62,226 nt of DNA, filler included, from Chiloscyllium plagiosum (GCF_004010195.1; 4 parts of one record of this genome joined end to end with filler, not necessarily neighbours in it), one strand, 5' to 3'. Counted from the first letter of the whole stretch, positions 38,373 through 51,789 are shown. Numbers and translations are program-made. The notes: generated by a model not told the origin, from the sequence alone.

Positions 38373-38439
38373 TTGGAATAAAGCACAATATGCCTCCAAA
38401 ATGCTGCGTGAGAATTCCTGCAGGGCTTCGCTTCATAAC
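38373..38439 (-). pseudogene. Exon (L*SEALQEFSRSILEAYCALFQ), 67 nt, phase 2 to 0
   Basis: Acceptor caagcag|, strong donor CAA|gtaagc. Phase matches the 43999 donor. In-frame TGA at 38433-38435. Confidence 0.6.
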
Positions 38440-39467
38440 CTGCTTGGATTTGATAATGTATGGAAGGACACAGTCAAATCAAACATAAAAATTATTCAAT
38501 GGGTCACTTAGACCAGCCAGGGACTATCAAATTTGTGAAATGAATCCATCATTTAACCGTGCATTTAAACTAAATCGATAAAAATATTGGAAAGACTCAG
38601 ATACGGGACTCCCCACCCCAAATAGCACATAACCGAAAAAAATGGCCCAGTTAATAGGCATTTGTTAATCTCAACAGAATGACCGGAGAAACTCTAGTAA
38701 TCATCGTCACTCACCTCTCAAGCTTCACTCTTTACTCTTTACAAACTCTAATGCATTGCTCAAAATATTGCCTGTAATAATCACCAACCAACCCTTCACT
38801 CAACGCCACTATCCCTGAGACATTCCATAAGACATAGGAGTGGATGTAAGGCCATTCGGCCCGTCAAGTCCACTCCGCCATTCAACCATGGTTGATGGGT
38901 ATTTCAACGCCATTTACCTGCACTCTCCCTGTCACCCCCTTCACTCTGTGCCACTATCCCAGAGACATCCAACTTCAACTCATTGCTCTTACTTACAATC
39001 TCCCTGCAGCCTCTCTCTTGTCTAATTCTTCAAATCCCTACAGCCTGATGTAGCACCTGTGCTTTATATTATTCTAACTTCCACCTCTTCCACATCACTC
39101 TTTAGTTTTACGTGCTGTTGTTAGCTGGCTGGAAACGGAGTTATATCTTAAATGGCTGATAACAGCTAAGACAGCTGGCAGTCCCAGGAACTCCTCTCGA
39201 CTTGCAGTGAGCAGGCCTCCTCATCTGACCATCACTGCTGAACAACTTAGAAGGACAGGCCCAATTAATAACTGACCACGGCCCTGACTGATTTCTGTGC
39301 AGTTCCCCAACTGACTGTTCACTACTCCCCTGACTGGTTGCACTGGATCTCCAGGATTGACTGTGGCGCACTCCCTGGGCTGTAGTGAAACCAATCCTCT
39401 GATTATGATGGCTCTATGCACCTGTCTGACCATGCCGTGTCCCTACACTGATATCAGGTAGGTAATA

Positions 39468-39772
39468 ACAATGACTTCAGGTGCTGGAAACCAGACTCTG
39501 GATTAGTAGCGCTGGAAAAGCACAGCAGTTTAGGCAGCATCCAAGGAGCAGTAAAATCAACGTTTCAGGCAAAAGCCCTTCATCAGGAATACAGCTTTAT
39601 TCCTGATGAAGGGCTTTTGTCTGAAACATCGATTTTCCTGTTCCAAAAGCCCTACATCAGGAATACAGCTGTATTCCTGATGAAGGGCTTTTGCCCGAAA
39701 CGTCGAATTTACTGCTCCTTGGATGCTGCCTGAACTGCTGTGCTTTTCCAGCGCCACTACTCCAGAACCTGG
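39468..39772. mobile_element. Nested double-palindrome Penelope-derived element with four hammerhead-like cores (one truncated)
   Basis: catcaggaatacagct(t/g)tattcctgatg occurs twice (39581 and 39655) inside outer inverted arms. Confidence 0.85.
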
Positions 39773-40139
39773 ACTGATATCAGACAATGCTCTTGACTTA
39801 CTGTGACTGGCTCCTTGACTGATGACAATCCCTTAGACTCAACCCAGGCACATTCCCCTTCGACTTTCAGACAAGGCCACCTGTAGAACATGCAGAGTTT
39901 GCCATGTACACTGTTGGTAGACACTTTGACCTCGCACTGCCCAATATTGATACGGCCACTTCACTGATTGATCACCACTGGTGAAAATGACAGGTTCCTG
40001 TCTTGGTACATGCACTAGAGGGTAATGCAATAGTAACATAATAAATAAAACAAAATAGATGCTGAAAATCCAAAACAAAAACAGAAATTGCTGGAGAAAC
40101 TCAGCAGGTCTGGCAGCGTAGATGAACAGAAAGCACGGT

Positions 40140-40545
40140 TAATGTTTGAGTCTGATGACAGTGTCGTGGGAGGGAAAGGAAGGGGTGAGGGCAAAAGTGC
40201 AGGAGATGTGTCAAATGCAGTTAATGACCATGCGATCCACGGTAGTGGGGTGTCCTCAGTTGGGGGATTTCTGAGACCGTCCTGCAGATGGTGGCTGCAT
40301 CCGGCATGATGCAGTAGAGAGGGAGTTACTGGGAGAATAGGATGGAGTCCTCACAGGAGGCAGGGTGTGAGGGTGTATAGTTAAGGGGAACTGTGGGAGT
40401 GGGTGGGTTTGTGATGGATATCAGTGGCCCGCCTATCCCCAGAAATTGAAGGGAGGAGTCAGAGATGGACCAGGTGAAGGTGAGAGCACAGTGGGGAAAG
40501 TTGGAAACAAACTTGGTAAACCTTTCCAATTCGAGGTGAGAGAAG
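40140..40545 (-). mobile_element. Degraded Penelope RT fragment
   Basis: LTFTWSISDSSLQFL...YTPSHPASCEDSILFSQ. Confidence 0.75.
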
Positions 40546-40625
40546 GGCCATCCAGCCCAATAATTCATACCAGTGCTCACATTCCACACAACCATCCACC
40601 ATTCTTCACCTAAACACATTAATAT

Positions 40626-41500
40626 TGTGAGAAACTTACGTCAAGCTTGGGTTTTGAATTTGTGTTAGCACACATGGGTTTTACGTGTGTCTGAAGTTAA
40701 GGATTGACTTGTAGATAATTTATAGCCATTGTTATTTCTTGAGGCTACTTTGATAGCCTTATGGATTCTAATTTCCTTCAGGATTTATGAGCCAGCAAGG
40801 TAGACATTTGTACATCAAGGCTTCTGTTATAAATTGCTGAAAGGGGAGCTTTTTTTAAACTTAAAGGAAACACTCATAGCTTAGAGGAAGAGAGTTTTGA
40901 TTCTCGTTTTACTTTGAGTAGGGCAGTTGTGTGAGGTCTTTACATAGAGAATTATCGAGTGCTCCTAAGAAGGGGAGAATACAGTAAAACTAGGATACCT
41001 TAGCAATAGTCCGAGAAGTGTTGGGACAAATTGCCAAGTGAACTTGAAGCAGAGTTTGTTTGAACTCAGGCATATGATAACTCCAGGAAAAAGGTATCGG
41101 TGTTCCAGTCCAGGAGGTAAAGTCACAGTTACCTTAAATCTGTTTAGGCATTAAAGAAAGGATTCTGCTGTGAGTACTGTATATGGGTTGCTGTTGGATA
41201 CAGTAAAATGGATTTTTTTTAATCTTGAAAAGGAATGTATTAGGATTAATGTGATTATACTGTTTGTTTAAAACTCTCTGAATTTGCATTATAAATAAAG
41301 AAACAGAGTGGCTTATTCTATCTTATCTTCAACTCTTTTGCTTTCTAAAATTCTGTTTCATTGTTAAAACAAAATCTGTAATATTGTGCATTTCTATGTC
41401 AGAGAGAAATTACCTCACTAAAACAAAAACATGATCTATTAAGGCTAATTTAAGCCTGGGATCTGACATAGCCAGCAATAAATCAGGTGGTATCATATCA
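40626..41500 (+). mobile_element. Probable solo LTR
   Basis: TG...CA ends with 4-bp TSD atat (40622-40625 and 41501-41504). Internal AATAAA. Confidence 0.55.
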
Positions 41501-42323
41501 ATATCTTTCTGTGTCTTTATTTGTCCCCTGTTTATTCAGCTTCCCCTTTGAACACATCTGTAATCTTCATTTCAACTACTTCCTTCGGGAAGTATGTTTT
41601 CCCTGTATTCCCTGGAGGTCATTAATAAATCTCTTTTATATCTGGCTCCTAATTCTGGTAATTTCCACAACTGGAAACATCTTGTCAATCTCTACTCTAT
41701 CAAACTATTTTGTAACGAAGGCTTTCCTCAGGTTACCATTCATTTTCGGTTTTCAACAAGAAGATCCCAACTTGTTAAATCATTCCCATTTCTTAAAAAT
41801 CTGGTTTTATTCGTTGACTTTTTGATCAAAACTTCGCCAATTCCCCTATGACTCCTTTTGTAATATGTAGACCAGAAATATTCACCATTTGGAGATGCTG
41901 GTGTTGGACTGGGGTGTACAAAGTTAAAAATAACCTGGTGTTATGTGATTTTTAACAGAAGTATTCACAGCACTCCAAATATAGTCGAACCAAACATCTC
42001 AACTGGTTTAGCAAAATATCTTTGCTTTCAACTCATTCTTTCTAGAAATTAATTTAAGTAATAGTGTTTTTTAATGACCCTACTAAAGTGTATTGCTACA
42101 TTTAGTGATTGTGTGTCTACACTCTTTCTGAGGAAAGAGGGACGTGTGTTAGTAAGTGCCCTATGGTATGTTTTTGAGTGGAGATGGTCATGGTTAAATA
42201 GTGAGTGGTGTGGTTGATAACATGCATTTATCTTGGTAGAACACAAATGATTATGAAACTTCTTCCTGCATTGCTCTGTAGCCTTTGAAATAGGATTTGG
42301 TGACAGTCCATATGAGGTTATAT

Positions 42324-42449
42324 AGGAGAAAGTGAGGACTGCAGATGCTGCAGATCAGAGCTGAAAATGTGTTGCTGGAAAAGCGCAGCAGGTCAGGCAG
42401 CATCCAAGGAGCAGGAGAATCGACGTTTCAGGCATGAGCCCTTCTTCAG
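42324..42449 (-). mobile_element. ~126-bp Penelope-derived element starting with a hammerhead-like core, 14-bp TSD
   Basis: atatgaggttatat at 42310-42323 and 42450-42463. Reverse complement of 35113-35240. Confidence 0.88.
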
Positions 42450-42519
42450 ATATGAGGTTATATGCCTGGCATTGATCTCTGCCATTATTTCTTTGCACTT
42501 CCCATAACGAGACATTTTA

Positions 42520-43065
42520 ATAGAACATAGAACATAGAACATAGAAGTATACAGCGCAGTACAGGCCCTTTGGCCCTCGATGTTGCGCCGATCCAAGCCC
42601 ACCTAACCTATACTAACCCACTATCCTCCATATACCTATCCAATGCCCGCTTAAATGCCCATAAAGAGGGAGAGTCCACCACTGCTACTGGCAGGGCATT
42701 CCATGAACTTACGACTCGCTGAGTGAAGAACCTAACGCAACATCCTGGTAAACCTCCTCTGCACCCGTTCCAGTGCCTCCACATCCTTCCTATAGTATGG
42801 GGACCAAAACTGCACACAATACTCCAGATGCGGCTGCACCAGGGTCTTATACAACTGTAACATGACCTCAGGGCTCCGGAACTCAATTCCTCTACCAATA
42901 AAAGCCAGTACGCCATATGCCTTCCTCACCGCACTATTTACCTGGGTGGCAACTTTCAGAGATCTGTGTACATGGACACCAAGATCCCTCTGCTCATCCA
43001 CACTACCAAGTATCCAACCATTAGCCCAGTACCCCATTTTTTTGTTATTCTTCCCAAAGTGAATG
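42520..43065 (-). mobile_element. Young CR1 subfamily copy with internal deletion and (tctatgt)n tail
   Basis: DEQRDLGVHVHRSLK...LEYCVQFWSPYYRKD...RFTRML joined directly to FFTQRVVSSWNALP at ~42734. Confidence 0.9.
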
Positions 43066-43279
43066 ATCTCTTGCCCCTCAAACATACAGCTGCTCTCTCT
43101 CTCTCTCCATTTATCAAGGTCCCATTACGTAAACCAACCTTCCTTCCATTAACTAGTAGAAAAAGTGTGGACTGCAGATGCTGGAGATCAGAGTTGCAGT
43201 AAGGTTTGCCTGAAACGTCGATTCTCCTGCTCCCTAGGTGCTGCCTGACCTGCAGCACCACACTCTCGACCCTGACTTT

Positions 43280-43655
43280 CTTCCACTAACACCATCGACA
43301 CTTCCCACTGCCTTGGGAAAGCAACCAACATCAAAGACTCTTCCCACCCCGGTTATACTCTCTGACATCTTCTACCGGATGGAACAGGGTGGAAAGGTTT
43401 GTACACACGTATGTATTAGATTCAAGAACAGCTTTTTCCCCGCTGTGAGTACACTTCTGAATCGACTACTCAAATTTTAAATTTAGTGTCGATCCCGCTC
43501 TCTGCACACCTTCTCTGCAACCATAGCAGTGTATTCTTTATTCTGCTCCATTACCTGAATGTACTTTGTACAGTATGATCAGCCTGTACTGCACACGAAA
43601 CAAAACGCTTCAATGTACCTAGGCATGTGACAATAACAAATCAAATTAAATCCAA
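43280..43655 (+). mobile_element. Rex1/Babar-type LINE 3' end
   Basis: DSSHPGYTL...RFKNSFFPA motifs and (aaatc)n-like tail. Confidence 0.7.
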
Positions 43656-43998
43656 TCTAAAAGCATTACTAAAAACCTTTGGTATTTTCAGCCATTATTC
43701 AATCTTTCACAGCACATTTATACTATTTGATATCAGTCCCTACAGACAGCTGGCGTAATTCCAAACAGACTGTCCTAATGTTTGGGCATGGAGTCACTTT
43801 CCAGAGCAAGTCTGTCCTACTGTAACAGTCTCCCACCAGTACAACAGGTAAACCAGAATGCAGGATCTGTGTATTTTTAATCAGATCAATTCACAGTGGC
43901 AAGATTTCTACAACTTCCATCAATACTTACCTCTATGGTTCTCCAAAATATCATTCGCAGCCCTCACCAAAACCTATTTCAAATCAAACGCAGCTTAC

Positions 43999-44379
43999 AG
44001 AGCCCTCTGGCTTTCAAACAGGTCCTTAATACGCTCACACACAGCTGTTCCAGACCTATTTGCATCTCTAAACCGTGTATCAACAATTAAGTTGCCTTCC
44101 ACTTTTTCAGGTTGGTAACATGCCACAAACAAGCGTTTGATTTTCATTGCACTGTAGTATGCTTGGGCGATGCCTGTGAATGCAACAGAATTGCTCAGAA
44201 ACAAAGACTTGGTCCATTATCCAGGATGTCCCTATTGAAGCAGCTGCCTCCACCACATTCACCGTGACAAACTCCAGGAAAACAGATGGTTTGAGTATTC
44301 ATGACTGGTTCTGTTGAAGCCCAAGAGTCAACTGTTCAGGGGACTTTTTGTCATCAATTTGATAATGAGTCTTTCGATT
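43999..44379 (-). pseudogene. Exon (NRKTHY...QS*ILKPSVFLEFVTVNVVEAAAS... / AFTGIAQAYYSAMKIKRLFVACY...FESQRAL)
   Basis: Acceptor ctaatccttacaccag|, strong donor CT|gtaagc. TGA at 44299-44301 and one frameshift. An internal acceptor at 44174 gives an open 175-nt sub-exon. Confidence 0.62.
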
Positions 44380-45534
44380 CTGGTGTAAGGATTAGACCTG
44401 CTTCTGTTTCATCCACAGAAATTGAGAGCGTTGATGTTAATAATAAACATGATCTCAGATTATACCGAGAAATAACACAAACTATATCTATTTCAAAGCA
44501 CTGAAAGTGTCATAATTTGAGATTTACCAATTTTTTTATTGACGTTGTTATAAACATTGCCCACAAAAACATTTTCCTACACTATCATTTTTCTAAAACA
44601 CACAGTATAATATTAGCATTATTACTTGTAATTAATAATTTCAGGTTTTTTTCCAACTATCAAGAAACCAGGATAATTATTTTAAATTATTGTTGCATTT
44701 TAGTATTCAAAGTAAGCAGTTTTGATGATTAGAGAGAAACCTGTACATTTCAAAACATGATAGAAACATTGTATTTAACAGGCCAAGTTTTACTGTTCGT
44801 TGTAAGGTGTAAATTTGCTCCAGTGATCTCTCCCCCAAAATGTTCTAATTTTATAGATAGGCTGAGCTGATGTTTCATTGGTTAAAGACTAAAATTAATC
44901 TGTCTAAAAATACAACTCAATAAATGAGCACTCACTGCTAACACTCCCTACAACATCAGAAAAACACACACGTTAAAATTAATAAATAATCCTACATTTA
45001 GTATTTTAGTAATTAATTACAGTATAACAATGATTGCATGAAAGGGATACAAATATCTACATAATCTTCAAAGAGATGATTTATTTAAATCAGAAATACC
45101 ATTTATTATTGAAAAGATTAAACAACAGAGGAGCCTGTTCAACCCATCATGTTTTGAACACATCTATCAACTTTCGAAATGATTTTCTCTGTTCCGAGGA
45201 CATTTATCATTTCCCGTGTAAGAGGAAACCTACATCCCATTACAGTACATCACCTCTGCACCCTTTCCTGACATTCTTTCAGAAGTACAGTGCTTAGAAT
45301 CGATCAACTTATTCCAGCTAAGGCCAAACTAGTTTCATTTCGTTCACAAAATGTTTAGCTTTCCTTGCTGGTTTCTCTCCATTTTTCACCTTAAAATAGG
45401 CAAAGGAATTATTTTCTACTTCAACATAAGAAAGATTGCCATATGTAACCTCTAACCTTATTTTGTATGTTTTACACTACACCATAATGACTGCAATGTT
45501 TAATTTTTACTTCGTTCTTCCTTTCTCCCTTCAA

Positions 45535-46093
45535 TAACAAAAAGATGGGGTACTGGGCTAATGGTCGGATACTTGGTTGTGTGGATGAGCAGAGGGATCT
45601 TGGTGTCCATGTACACAGACCCCTGAAAGTTGCCACCCAGGTAAATAGTGCGGTGAGGAAGGCATATGCCGTACTGGCTTTTATTGGTAGAGGAATTGAG
45701 TTCCGGAGTCCTGAGGTCATGATGCAGTTCTATAAGACTCTGGTGCGGCCGCATCTGGAATACTGTGTGCAGTTTTGGTCGCCATACTATAGGAAGGATG
45801 TGGAGGCACTGGAACGGGTGCAGAGGAGGTTTACCAGGATGTTGCCTGGTATGAAAGGAAAATCGTATGAGGAAAGACTGAGGCACTTGGGGCTGTTTTC
45901 ACTAGAGAAAAGAAGGTTTAGGGGTGACTTGATTGAGGTGTACAAGATGATTAGGGGGTTAGATAGGGACGACAGTATGAACCTTTTCCCGCGTATGTAG
46001 TCGGGTATTACAAGGAGGCATAGCTTTAAATTAAGGGGGGGTAGATATAGGACAGATGTTAGGGGTAGGTTCTTCACTCAGCGAGACGTTAGT
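45535..46093 (+). mobile_element. Young CR1 subfamily copy running into a gap
   Basis: ORF 45545-46000 with CR1 motifs. Near-identical to the reverse complement of 42734-43050. Confidence 0.92.
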
Positions 46094-46193
46094 NNNNNNN
46101 NNNNNNNNNNNNNNNNNNNNNNNNNNNNNNNNNNNNNTTAATTAATTAANNNNNNNNNNNNNNNNNNNNNNNNNNNNNNNNNNNNNNNNNNNN
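46094..46193. other. Scaffold gap with artificial spacer
   Basis: 44N-TTAATTAATTAA-44N. Confidence 0.97.
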
Positions 46194-46335
46194 GCTGGAA
46201 AAGAACAGCCTGTCAGGCAGCATCCGAGGAGCAGGAGAGTTGACGTTTCGAGCGATGTTGCCTGACCTGCTGTGATTTTCCAGCACCACACTCTCGACTC
46301 TGATCTCCAGCATCTGCAGTCCTCACTTTCACCTC
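46194..46335. mobile_element. Penelope-derived palindromic element with central deletion
   Basis: gctggaaaag..gtcaggcagcatc ... gatgttgcctgac..ttttccagc. Confidence 0.75.
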
Positions 46336-48724
46336 GAAAATCGAGAGGTAGAATCAGTTTGGGTGGAGCTAAGAAATATTACTGGGAAGTACTTATAGCC
46401 TTCCTGAAAGTAACGGAAATGGATGGTAGGCTATAAATGAGAAAAAAAGTGTCACTGCAGACTTTTGTTTCCCCAAAATTTAAAGGCCATTCAATTGGCA
46501 AGACAGCTTAACAATTCCACAGACTGCATCCCACCTTTACACACAGACATGTTTATAGAGACAAATGGCTACTTGATGTCTCTCCAAAGGAACCCTGGCC
46601 ACTAAAGCAGAGGTTACATTTCAAGTCCAGCAATTCTTCATCACTGGATCTGTAATATTAATTTATTTTATCCCCACAGATGCTGCCAGACCTGCTGAGC
46701 ATCTCCAGCAATTTCTGTTTTTATTTTAGATCTCTACCATCTGCAGTTCTTTGTTTTATTTTAAGAAAGAACTTCTGTAGGTACAGGTACTTTCCTCAAA
46801 TTCATAAATCACAGATGTTATGTTTCAGAAAACCGAGCAAGAGAAATTATGTCTGTTTGAAGGCAGCTGCATTTTTAAATGTGTTGCTTCCTCTGTGAAG
46901 TACAGATTTTTTTGATTAATCTATCAATTAATTGATAGACAACGCACTGGAATCAATAATTAGGGATGCGGTAACAGGGCACTTATAGAATCATCAGATG
47001 GTTAGACAGAGTGAACGTGGGCTATGAAAGGGAAATGATGTTGGATTAATCTAGTTGAGTTTTTGAGAATATAGTTAGTGGAGTAGAGAAGGGGAAACCA
47101 AAGGATATGATACACTACAATTTCCAAAAAGCATTTGATAAAATACCCCAAAGAGGTTTTCACACTTAATTCAGATTCATGGGATGGGGGTGATTCATCA
47201 GCATGGACTAGTTCGGGGACAGAAAACAGAGAGTGGGAGTCAAGGAGTTATTTTCATGTTGGCAGGCTTTAATGAGCTGGTCACTGCTCACATTTGGACC
47301 TCAGCGATGTAATTGGCAGCTGACACCATGACTTAGGCATTTAAAGTGCTTGCCTCTTAAACAGTAGATCTTGGTATTGTCGTGATCTATATCACACATA
47401 GCAATAGGTTAATGTTTTCAGTCCATGCCCAAATGCAACAAGACCTGAACAATTCCAAGGTTTGGGCTGACAAGAGAAAATAACATTGGTGCGAAATAAT
47501 TGCCAAGTAATGACCATTTCCAAGAGAAGAGGTTCTAACTATTGACCCTTGACATTCAATGGCATTACAACACTTAATCCCTCAATATCAACATCCTGCA
47601 GGCTACCATAGATGATAAATTGAACTGAACCATCCCTGTTGTAATGTCTACAAGAGGCTAGCAATTCAGCAGCAAGTAACACACCTCCTGAGTCCCCAGA
47701 ACTGTCCACCATCTACAAGGCACAAGGCAGGAGTGTAATGGAATACTCTCCACTTGCCTGGATGGGTGCTGCTCCAACAACACTCAAGAAACTTAACACC
47801 ATCCAGGATAAAGCAGCCTGCTTCATTAGCACCACATCCACAAGCAATCACTCCCTCCAACAATGATACTCCGTAGCATTAGAAATGATCATGGCTGATC
47901 ATCGAGCTCAATACCTTAGTCCTACCCTCCCCCCATATCTCATGATACCTTTAGCTACAAGAGCTATATCTAACCCCTTCTTGAAAATACAACATTTTGG
48001 CATCAACCACTTCCTGTGGTAGTGAATTCCACAAGTGGACCACCCTCTGAGTGAAGAAATGTTTCCTCCTCTCAGTGCTAAAGCGGCATGAATAGAAGGA
48101 AGTCTTGATTAGGTTCAATAAAATATAATTGGAAATGATTGGTATGAAGCATTAACACAGGCCTGCGCCACATTGTCTTATTCTGTGCTGTTCATTTCAC
48201 ATAAATCTGTATAATTCTATGGATGTGAGCAGAATATCCTGCTAGTCAGCTTTGCTGTGCCTCATGCATAATGTTCTGTTAGCTGGTTTATGACAAGGTC
48301 TCAGTAGTTTCCTGAGTTATGATCTGCTGTAACTGCTCAAAAGATTTTTCATCTCCTCTGTCTTTAAAATACTCACATCACAGATTGGCGTAGCTACCTC
48401 TGGACAATGCTGCCAATTGGGCCAAGTGTTTGTCTACAGTGAGTAAGGGGGTTGGTTGGCTGGCTGAGTTGCCTGGGTGACTGGTTTCTAAGGCAAGTGA
48501 TGTTAACAGCATGGGTTCAGTTCCTGCACTGACTGAGGTTACATGAAGCAATCTTTTTATCGAACTCTGCCCTCACCTGACATATAGCCCTCAGGTTAAA
48601 CCACCACCAGTTGTCTCTCTCTTTACTGAGAAAGCAACCCTATGGTCTCATATGACAATGGTGATTCCACCCAGCACGGCTTAATATATTATTGCCTTCT
48701 GCAGTGTACTCTTGGCTTCCAAAA

Positions 48725-50910
48725 AGATCATAGAACCATACAGCATGGAAACAGGCACTTTGGTCTAAACAGTCCACGCCGACCATGTTCCCAAACTGAA
48801 CTAGCCCCATCTGGCCATGTTTGGCCCATATCCCTCCAAACTGTTCCTATTCATGTCTTTTTAAATGTTGTAACTGTACCTGCATCCACCACTTCTGCTG
48901 GCAGTTAATTTCACATATGAACTACTCTCTGTGTCAAAACATTGCCCCTCATGCCCTTTTTAAAACTTTGTCCTGTCAGCTTAAAACACTGCCTCCCCTA
49001 GTTTTGAACTTCCCCACCTTAGGGAACAGACCCTTGCTATTCACCTTTACTGTGTTCCTCGTGATTTTATAAACCTCTATACGGTCACCTCTCAACCTCC
49101 TACACTCCTGAGCAAAAAGTCCCAGCCTATCCAGCCTACCTTTCTAACTCAACCTTCCATTCCTCGCAACATCTTGGTAAATCTTTTCTGAATCGTTTCC
49201 AATTTAATAATATTCTCTCTGTAACAGGGTGACCCTGTACACAGTATTCCAAAAGCGGCCTCACCAATGTCCTGTACAACCTCAGCATGACTTCCCAACT
49301 CCTACACTCAAAGCTTTGAGCAATGAAGACAAGTGTGCCAAACGCTTTTTTAACCACCCTGTCTACCTGCAACCCAAACTGCAAAGAACTACGTACTTGA
49401 ACCCCTAGATCTCTCTGTTCTCCAACTCTACCCAAGACCTTATTTTTAATTGGATAAGCTTTACTGTTGTTTCTTTTAGCAAAATGCAATATCCTGCCCT
49501 CATCAATCTTTTTGGTTACGTCCTCAGAAAACTCAACCAAGATTGTGACACACGGTTTCCTTGGCAGAAAGCCATGCTGACTATCCCTAATCAATCCTTG
49601 CCTCTCCAAATACATGCAAATCTTATCTTTCAGAATCCTCTCCAACAACTTACCCACCACTGGTGTAAAATGCACAACTCTTCCCAGGTTTCCCCTTACT
49701 GTCTTAAATAAAGGCACAACATTGACAAGTGGCATGGTGGCTCAGTGGTTAGCACTGCTGCCTCACAGCACCAGGGACCTGGGTTCAATTCCAGTCTCAA
49801 GTAACTGTCCATGTGGAGTTTGCACATTCTTCCTGTGTCTGTGTGGGTTTCCTCCCACAGTCCAAAGATGTGCATGTCGAGTGAATTAGCCATGCTAAAT
49901 TGCCCATAGTGTTCAGGGATGTGTAGGTTAGGTGCATTAGTGAGGGGTAAATGTAGGATAATAAGATAGGGGAATGAGTCTGGGTGGATTACTCTTCAGA
50001 GGGCCAGTGTGGACATGTTGGGCTGAAGGGCCTGTTTCCACACCAAAGGGATTTTATGAATTAGCCAGCCTCCAGTCCTCTCGCACTGTAGCTGTAGATG
50101 ATACAAATACCTTTGCTAGGGGCCCCAGAATCCCTTCCCTAACTTCCCACAATGTTCTGGGATATGCTTGATCAGGTCCTGGAGATTTATCCATCCTGAT
50201 GCTTTCTAAAACCTCCAGCAATTCCTCTTCTGCAAAGTGTACTGTTTCCAAAACATCAATATTTATTTCCCTGAGTTCTCGAGTCTTCATTTCCTTCTCC
50301 ACAGTAAAAACTGACATGAAATATTAATCTCTCCCATCTCTTGAGCTTCAAAACATGGATGATGTCATTGATTTTTAATAGGCCCTATTCTTTCCCTATT
50401 GCACTTTTGCTCTTAATGTACTTATAGAACCTCTTTGGATTTCCTTAATCTTATCTGTCAAGGCTATCTCACATCCCCTCTTAGCTCTCTTGATTTCCTT
50501 CTAAAGAATGCCCCTATACTTTTTATATTCATCAAGAGATTAATTTGATCCCAGTGTCTATATCTAATATATGACACTTCCATATTCTTAACCGAAACTT
50601 TGATATCTATAATCACCCATTGTACCCTACTTTTACCAGTCTTACCCTTCACTCTAACAGGAACATAATGCCTCTGCACTCTCAGTATTACATTTTTGAA
50701 AGCCTCCTACTTATCAGTCATTCCTTTACCTGTGAACATTGTACTCCAATCAACTTTTGAAAATTCCTGTCTCACACCATTAAAATCAGCCTTACTCCAA
50801 TTAAGAAATTTAACTTTTAGGGAAGGCTTATCCTTTTTCATAACTATTTTAAAACAAATTGAATTATAATCAGTAGTCCCAAAGTGTTCCTTTACCAGCG
50901 CTTCAGTCAC
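48725..50910 (-). mobile_element. Long degraded CR1 ORF2 fragment with nested HE1 SINE (+, ~49730-50060)
   Basis: VVPLFK...VVGKLLERILKD...SQHGF, DKSPGPD..YPRTLWE, HFGTTDYNSI motifs. Confidence 0.88.
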
Positions 50911-50914
50911 TTCA

Positions 50915-51155
50915 TAGAATCCCCTATTTGGCCCATCAAGTCCACACCGACCCTGCTAAGACCATCCACCCAGGCTCACTCTTCCTACCCTATCCCTGTA
51001 ACCCTGCATTCACCATAGCTACTCCACCCTAATCTGGACTGTGGGGGAAACTGGAGTGCCTGGAGGAAACCTATACAGACACAGAGAGAATGTTCAAACT
51101 CCACACAGACAGTCGCCTGAGCTGGGAATCGAACCTGGGTTTCTAACGCTGTGAG
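50915..51155 (-). mobile_element. HE1-type SINE, internally deleted
   Basis: V-core and B box present. Confidence 0.8.
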
Positions 51156-51299
51156 AAAGCACCAGCTTCTTTCCAACCTCAACTGGGGGGTCTGGGGGGC
51201 GTATGAAGGATCCTGCATTTGGCAGTTGGCAGCACAAGTGCTCTCTTGAGTTCACTGATAACCTTCAGGAAAACAATGACGTTGGTCTTGGTCACCATG

Positions 51300-51730
51300 G
51301 ACCCAGAGAGTCAAGGTGCCAGAACCATTGGCTTTTTCTCCATCACTGGGGACACAAGGGGCCATTGATGACATCCATATGTCCCTGGAGCTCCTAGGCA
51401 TACACGAGCCATATTCCTGAATAGGAAGGGTTTTCACTTCATCAGTGGCTCAATTGTATGTGACCCCACATGACAATTCTTTCAGGTTTCTGTCTATTAT
51501 CGAGGGAGCTGGGACCGTTGTCACATTCTGCAGAGCTCCCAGGATCCTTGAATGTTTATTTCCCTGCATTATGTTCAGAACCAACTTGTAGGTAATGCCA
51601 GAAGGCATGGCTAATGACCCCAGCCGTGATACCTTCAGGCTGATACTGAGCAGTGCTACAATACTGCTTCTACATCCACTCGGGCTGTCATTGAACAAAC
51701 ATTAAAGGTTCACTTCCATTGCCTGGTAAT
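51300..51730 (+). mobile_element. PIF/Harbinger transposase relic
   Basis: Frameshifted QGAIDDIHM, FLNRKGFHFI, Y.GS.D..ILQSS, WLMTP, EQCYN....TRAVIEQ, F.CL, matching Harbinger DDE motifs in order. Confidence 0.8.
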
Positions 51731-51789
51731 CACTACATATGGTCTCTAGAATAGTGAAGATGCAGTCCTCAGCATGTAGTCTATCATAG

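Noticed and set aside
27700..44301. Repeated in-frame TGA codons in exons (44299, 38433, 34758, ~27700), suggesting a multi-selenocysteine protein or readthrough
   Set aside because: The same gene also has TAG/TAA stops and frameshifts, and no SECIS was recognised. TGG/CGA-to-TGA decay in a pseudogene is simpler.
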